The notes beneath the pieces are model-generated. The model saw only the letters and a program-made list of their open reading frames with translations. It was not told the origin of the DNA and ran no database searches. From positions 5,208,001 through 5,272,000 of the forward strand of contig OZ176055.1 of NCBI GenBank assembly GCA_964247055.1: 64,000 nucleotides of DNA, in the 5' to 3' direction. This DNA comes from Paragordius varius. Its lineage: Eukaryota > Animalia > Nematomorpha. Shown one piece after another: positions 56,931 to 64,000 of this stretch. The translations under genes and the position numbers were made by a program. The first letter of the stretch is position 1; the number at the start of each line of letters is the position of its first letter.

Positions 56931-59900
56931 GATATTGTTGATAAAAAGCGCAAAAATGATTCAATTTATGGAAATGCAAAACAGTATCGCGGAATGTCTG
57001 GAACCACAGCTCGATCTCAAAAAAATTACATGTGTCACAACGAGAAATCGCGGATAAATGCAATCAAAAACTCTGTAAGCTCAGATTTACCGATAAAAAG
57101 TAAAATTTATTACAAAGGTGAATTGTTTGGATGAAATCAATTATATTTTCTTCTATTTGTAACATTAAGAATATAAATTTTTGCAAAACGTTTTATTTGA
57201 TCGTCCATAAATCGCTTAACACTATATTGCTGGTTCACATATTCTTTTATTATTTTAAATGATCAAATCCTAGCTGAACACCTCCCAATATTGCCAAATT
57301 ATAGATAATTAATACAAATATTTTTACTTTTTAATAGTTAAATGATTAAATGTTATAATTTACAGATAAACTGGTAAGTACCTTTCCAGTTTATAATTTG
57401 GTTGTGGAGACTCGATTCTGATTTCAAACTATTTTTTTATATTTAAATATAATATTATTTGTGTTTTAGATGGTAAATGCATATTCTGTCAAGATTTACT
57501 CACTGATGATCCCAATTGTTTTGGAGAGTTGTTAAGTAAAGATGGATACGCTTTTCATTTTTTCTGCCTGGTATAACAACATATAATATATCTTTTGTTT
57601 ATAAAAAATGCATTCTTTATGCTAAATCATCAATATTACTAGTTATTTTCATCTGGTCTCACACAAAAAGGTGATTCCGATTCACCCGAAGATTTATATG
57701 GTTTTAATTTACCGGATATTCTAAAAGAGTTCCGCAGAGCTCAAAAATTGGTATGATTAATATATATATATAGCTATTTACACTAAAAGTTACAATTATA
57801 TACAGACTAAATGTAAAGAAAAAAAACAATAATTTTTTATAAAACCACTATACTTTTTTATGCCTTTATATATAATAATAAACTATATAATTACAAACTG
57901 GATATATATATATATATATATATGATTGTGTTTACCAATTTATATTTCTATATTTTATTTGGCAACACGAAACAATGAGTATATTTAAAAATCAGGGTGT
58001 CTGTATAATTTTAATTTTTACTGTAATAATTTCGGGTCATTTATGTAGAAATGCTTTTGGTGTAAACGCATGGGCGCTTCTATTGGTTGTTGTGTCAGTT
58101 CTTGTAAGAAAAGTTATCATTTCCCTTGTTCTTTGAAAACGGACATTCACAACCAATACTGGGGTTCGTTTGGGTATGAATACTTTAATATGTTTAACAT
58201 TCTATTAATCCCAATCTATTTTTTTATAGCTATATGCTTATATCGTCTTACATATATTAGTTCCTATTGTTCAGAACATCGTCCTACTTTTCCATTAAAA
58301 ATGCCTCATATGCATGTTACAGACAAAGGACACGAATTTATTAAACAAAATAGTAATGCGAAAAATAACAACCATTGCAACTTCGAGAATAAAGACTACA
58401 CCGATTATGAACTTATCCGTGGAAACAATAGCATAAGCCCGCCATCGCGAATTTTTGCCTCAACAACAAAAAATGAGACAAGGCCAAACAAAGAAAAGAA
58501 AAAAAATGGCTACACACAGCCGCCAAAATCTAAAAAATCAATACCTGTCTTGAACCATGATGACTTTGAATGTGAAGAAATCATTCGAACTGAATGTAAA
58601 ACGACTACTACGCCTTTATTGATACAAAGGTAATCTGCCAATTAGTTTTAGTTTGAGATTAGAACTGGAATCGTTTTTGTACAAACAGAATGCAAGCTTT
58701 TTTTAATAAAATTATTTTGGAAATATTAACGGTTTTAAACCGTTTTTGGAAAGGGATCGCGTTTTTAACGGTTCTAAAAGATTAATTTTTTTAATTAACC
58801 ATATTTATTAATATTTTTTTCTATTCTAATTATAAAAGGATATTTTTTAAGATTTGAAAAAAAAATCATGCGGCTATTTACATTGTATAAGAATTTGAGA
58901 TGCATGTAAATAAAAAATGGTACCAAAATATTTAAACTATAACCATTTTGTCCGAAACCCCAATTAAAAATATGTGGAACGGGAAATTTAGAGATAAATA
59001 AATTATATTTGGTTCTGGTGTTATCTTTGGGTCTCTTGTTTTTTGCTTTTATGCATAATGGCTCATAGTATAAATTTTAATTTTTATTTAATATTACTAC
59101 CATTAATGCTTACTGTTTTTTTAAATTTAAAAAGCTAATCTTTACAACATTGAAGTTCAAAACCATTTTTCATCCGTTTTGCAGTATTTGAAATTTTTTG
59201 CAAGATTAAAAAAATTCATTATATTGGCATCACAAAATATAGTATTGATTCGATGTAAACATTCATTTGTACGTTTTGTATTTGTCGTATGTGTGGAAAT
59301 ATTTAGGGTCACCTAAAAATAGTTTTAATTCGTTTAAAATTGTGATGTCCTAAAAAATGCATATTTTATTATTTCACAAAACATTAAAAAATTTCGCCCG
59401 TTTCGAAGAGTGAATCTAAACTTTGTTGCAAGGTTATATATATAAGCAGAGTATCAATTATTTTAAGGAAGCCAATATAACATGCAATACGATCAATGTA
59501 ATTATCAAAAAATATTTTTTCGTACGTTAAATATTTTTGGATAGAGAGAAAGACTATTCGTAAATGGATATAAAATTAGAGTTAGAAATAACAATTTGAT
59601 TTTGTTAATGGTCTCAAAAGTTTTTTATTCATAAATATTTTTATGCATTAAAAAGTATCTTTTTTTCACATAATCAATTAATAAAATTTATGATTTACGT
59701 TAAATTTAAAAAGCCATTTAAATAAGAGCGTTTGTAAACGCTAATACACTTTAGCGTTAATACATCCTATTATTCCAATTTGAAATAATAATGAGGTTAT
59801 TGTGAGTTTATCAATTTTTGTGAAAATGATATTAGCTATTCTGTTGATGACCCTTTTTCGATAAATTAAAACAAAAATAAGATGAAATATACGGAAACAA

Positions 59901-62863
59901 AAGACATATATTAATTTGTATTTTAAGTTTAAACCCATAATCATTGACCACTATGATTATGACCATCAGAGGTGGCTTATTATATAAATGAAACAAAAAT
60001 ATAATAGATTAATTTGTAAATAATTTAGGTCAATAATTCGCTTTTCAACCATTTTAGATGATTTTTAAATTATCGTTAATTATAACTCTTTTTATTAAAA
60101 AGAGATCTTTTTTGCACATATACAGTTAAACTTAGTAAACCAAAATTAACGATCCGATCTGTTTTCAGTTAAAAAGGGAAAATCATCAAAATATTTTTAA
60201 TGATTTGGAATTATAATATGATATAGTTGCTCAAAAAATCATTAGTGAATATGAAATTAAGCAACCACATCTCTTATATTTAATAAAAGTATGGCTTTGC
60301 AAAAGAACAAATAGTCTGAAAACAATTTTAATATTTTGCAACTTATCATTTAAATTAATTTTTTTGTTAAGACATGAAAATCCTCCAGATGTGTCGCCGC
60401 AATCCATTATTTGCCTAATATGTCAAGACACAATACCACTCTTCGATTTGAAAGAGTTTTATATTCTTCAAACTGAATGCTGTTCAAACGCTTATTTTCA
60501 TAGGTATTGCATTCAGGTAAATATTTTTGGAATTTTATCTTTTTACATATATTGTTTTAATTTTAAATCATTATACTCTAAATTATATATTAAAATAGAA
60601 ACAAGCATTTCACTCCGGTTATTTATTCCAGTGTCCGGCCTGTTGTAATAAAGAAATTTTTCTAGGAACTATGAAAGATCGAGGAATATACATCCCTGAG
60701 CGGTAATTATTTTTTTAGCGTGTAATGTTGCAAGATATTAAATCGATATTTATAATCTATATATTTATAACGATTAGTTAAATAGATTGTTAATTAAATA
60801 ATTTTTTTATAGCGACGCAAGTTGGGAATTAGAGGAGAATGCTTACAGTGAGTTATATCAAAAGCCAGAATACTGCTCTGACCTTTACTGTAAATGTCCG
60901 CATGGCACCAATTATTTCAAACAATCAACGTATATTTTTGTGCAAACATTTAATTTTATTTCTGTACACCATAAATGTTTTGTAAAAAACGTTTGAATGG
61001 TTTCTTTGAAACTCTTTTCTTCGGAATAAAATTTAGTCTCTTAAACTATTTTTTAGGCAAAATTTTGACCAGATTCCGGCCTCAAAAAATGACCAATAAC
61101 AAAAAATGCCAAATTTTATTTTTTTGTAAAAATTTATCAAAAATAATTTGTGATAATAAATGGATGTGCTGCCTCATGTTAAATAATTGTATTTTTTGCT
61201 GATACAAATTTATTCAGATCCTATATTGTTTTCATATAACAGAGTTTGGGAGATGCTAATTTGTGAATCATGCGGGAGTGAGGCTAAACATTTAGCATGT
61301 GTTGGATTTAAGCTTACCGATTCGATTCCTGATCAATGGTATTGTACGAATTGTGCTCCTTTATACACTATTCCTCCTACCTCCGAACTATCCAATTATA
61401 TGCATTCAGATGACATTGCTTCTTTATCAAAATACTATAATGGCGAACAAAATGTCGAAAATTTTCAGGAAAATATACCTAACACTAGTAGCTTTGATTC
61501 TGGAAATCATCGCCCAATTTTGCCAACGAAACCGCTTAATAAGGAATTAGAAAATGTAAAGGACAACATATCTATTTCCAAAAAAAGTAAGAAGAAGTCT
61601 CTACATCTCTCTAAGAGTCAACGTTTCCATCATAGAGCAAATAATCAAAAGAACACATCTTCAAATGTTATTTCTTCCATAACTTCAGATATCGATGGAG
61701 TTTTAATCAATGGTATATTTTGGCATATTTATAATTTATTATGATAAAATCGAAAAAAATAAATCAGGATTTTGTAAAAATTATATTGTTATTTATAATA
61801 CTAATCAACCTGATCTTATACACAGTGTTGCTCATTTAATCAAGGAATCGAATATATTTAAGATAAATTAAATATTTAACGAGATTGCTCCCAAAAATTT
61901 TAATTCTGAAATTCATATATTATTTATATCAAAAAAGTCACATATAAACCATTAAATTATAAACTCTTATAGTCATCTTAATTGAAAGGTCTAATCACGC
62001 GTTAATCTGCCTACATAAATTTTTGAGAGTTATATAACATTATTTTCAATATAGATGGGAAAGATAACAGTGTATATCATGAAATCGAGTTACCACATTC
62101 ATCACTGCTAAAAACTGTGCACAAGAGTGGAAACAAACAATTGAAAAATATAATTATTGAAAACCAATTCATCGATTTAACTGAATCAAATTCAAAATTA
62201 TTAGCGGATATTTCAAACAAAGATCTAAAAGATACCGATCCCTGTGTAAACAATGCAATTACAGTCGATACTCAAAATCCATTAAATTATATTGTCAAAC
62301 ATAATGAAAGCTTTATTACAACAACCACAAACACTCAAACTGTCAATACCATTGAAACCACCGCGACAAATACCAAATTTGTTTCGCCTGTGAAATTAAC
62401 ATTAGTTAAAAGTATAATCAATCACTTGTGGAGTTGTGTTACAACTGGGGCACAACATAACATGAATAAGGATTTTCAAACATTTTCCCTTGGTCCCTCG
62501 AAAATCAGTAATAACGATACGATTAATGTTAAAAACGATTACAATACTCTACATATAATACCGCCGGTTGCAGAACATACGAAAGAATTTGATGTAACCG
62601 ATGAAGCTAATTATAATTTAGAATCCGATAAGTCATTTTTTTCTGATTGTCAATCTGACGATATTGTTCATGCCAAAACAAGTTCCCAACACAAAACGAG
62701 CGTTAACCCAAAGAAAAATTTGAAATCTATTAACAAAAAAGGTAAAAAATCTAAATCGTCCAAAAAATCCAATGTTAAAAAGTATCGGAAGACTTTGTAT
62801 TCACTTAATGAAAATTATTACACTAGATCCAAATTATACCGACACAAAACAAAGGCTCATTAA
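56931..62863 (+). CDS. G2E3/PHF7-like PHD/RING zinc-finger protein without a HECT domain; 5' end uncertain
   Basis: Phase-consistent exons 56931-57099, 57470-57570, 57643-57750, 58049-58173, 58261-58629, 60372-60516, 60599-60702, 60813-60929, 61243-61712, 62055-62863. Motifs: CIFC…HFFCLLFSSGLTQKG, GASIGC…CKKSYHFPC, YCSEHRP, FQCPAC, GIYIPERDASWELEENAY, WEMLICESCGS…HLAC, WYCTNC. A possible first micro-exon is ATGCATTATTTT at 56361-56372. Confidence 0.85.
57902..57922. repeat. (AT)n microsatellite; others at ~7697-7717, ~39016-39029 and 49963-49987, and (TTA)n at ~44158-44181
   Basis: Directly visible dinucleotide and trinucleotide runs. Confidence 0.9.
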
Positions 62864-64000
62864 TTTACGGGTTAAATTCACGAACATAGATCAATAAATA
62901 TTTGTTTTAATTTAGGATATACTTAATAGATTTAGGTTTATTTAGATTAAATTGCACTATTTTTAGGCCCAGAAGACTTAATTCTTGGTTTTAATTAGGG
63001 CTGCACTAAGATACAAATCAAACATATGATTTCAAAAATTATCAACTCAAAAATTTAATCAAAAGCATTTTTAATAAATATATTTTTACTTGAAAAGTTA
63101 TTTTTGGAATTTTACGAAATATCAAAAAAATATCTTGCGGCTAACAATTTTAAATAATAAATTTTTACGGTGGAACATAATTAATTTTTTTGATAGGAAG
63201 GCAAAAGGTTAGTGAAAGCATATTTTTAATTATTAATATCCTAAATAGTTTTGAAGTTGATTATTGTAAAATTATTATTGAGTTGAAAACCCCAACAGGC
63301 AATGCAATTTTAATTATGTCAGAAATATAATCGTTTTAAAAGGAAAAAATCCCATTCAACCGATTTGAGGAATCAATATATATAGGATTTTATTATATTT
63401 TATCTTACTGGGTTTTAGAATTATTCAAATGTCTCATCGAATACAAAATAAAGATAAAATAACAAGGAATTCATTATAAATGTTTATCAAATGTTAATTG
63501 CTTGGAGTCAGAAAACATTTTTTATCAGTTCATTGACATGCCAATTTTTTCAAACGTAACCTGTCCTAATTAACACTCCATGATCTTTTCACTTTTTTGT
63601 CCTAGTTGACATATTAGGGTATTTACCAAAGCTCAATTTCGTAAATAAACTACTGTTGTGAAAGCTATTTTAGTTAAAATAATTAACAAGCATTGTTCTC
63701 ATGCATCTAAAACAAAGCTTAAATTTTTTACAGTTTTGTGACTTGAGTCTAAAATTGGGATAGCTCCAAAACACGATTGAAACAAACAGCTGGTATTAAA
63801 ATCAATTATAGAAAAAATGGCGGCGAAAGAGTTTGAGCTGAGGATTTTTTTTAACAAGTTTACATTTTTTTAAAAAAAATTTTACATAATGCGAGACTAA
63901 ACAAAGCATATTTTTGAATTCGACTTAATACATTAAATACGTTTAAGATATTTAAATTCGAAATCGCGCTGGGATTCAAAACTACGCCAAAAGATAATGG

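Noticed and set aside
57366-57373. 8-nt micro-exon ATAAACTG between TTTACAG and GTAAGT in the G2E3-like gene
   Set aside because: Including it breaks the phase between exons 56931-57099 and 57470-57570; it could only be a poison or UTR exon and needs RNA data.

Overview
This is AT-rich eukaryotic (animal-type) genomic DNA with spliced genes and many DNA-transposon relics. It uses the standard code: the gene models end in TAA or TAG. I assembled five spliced genes by hand from GT/AG boundaries with consistent phases: UBA52 (ubiquitin-eL40, +), NXF1/TAP (-, 17 exons), Eyes absent (+, 13 exons), an SGK-family AGC kinase with large insertions (+, 11 exons) and a G2E3/PHF7-like PHD protein lacking HECT (+, at least 10 exons). 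There is also one intronless CARD-caspase (+). Introns and intergenic DNA hold hAT MITEs with 8-bp TSDs, a decayed hAT transposase element with Blackjack-like ends, non-autonomous Helitrons, TTAA-flanked piggyBac-like MITEs, TA-flanked MITEs, an unclassified CCATTT-ended TIR group, foldback elements and RTE-like LINE remnants. The most notable observations are 21-22-nt introns beside kb-sized ones, the conserved NXF1 '110-nt exon / cassette intron / 37-nt exon' block with an internal inverted repeat, a probable GC-AG intron, the intronless caspase, heavy kinase-domain insertions and nested transposons. The divergent proteins and tiny introns suggest a fast-evolving, possibly parasitic metazoan, but this is inference and the species cannot be identified from the window. 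I found no tRNA, rRNA or CRISPR array, and no clear-cut novel multi-gene system. All family assignments come from recalled motifs, not database searches.
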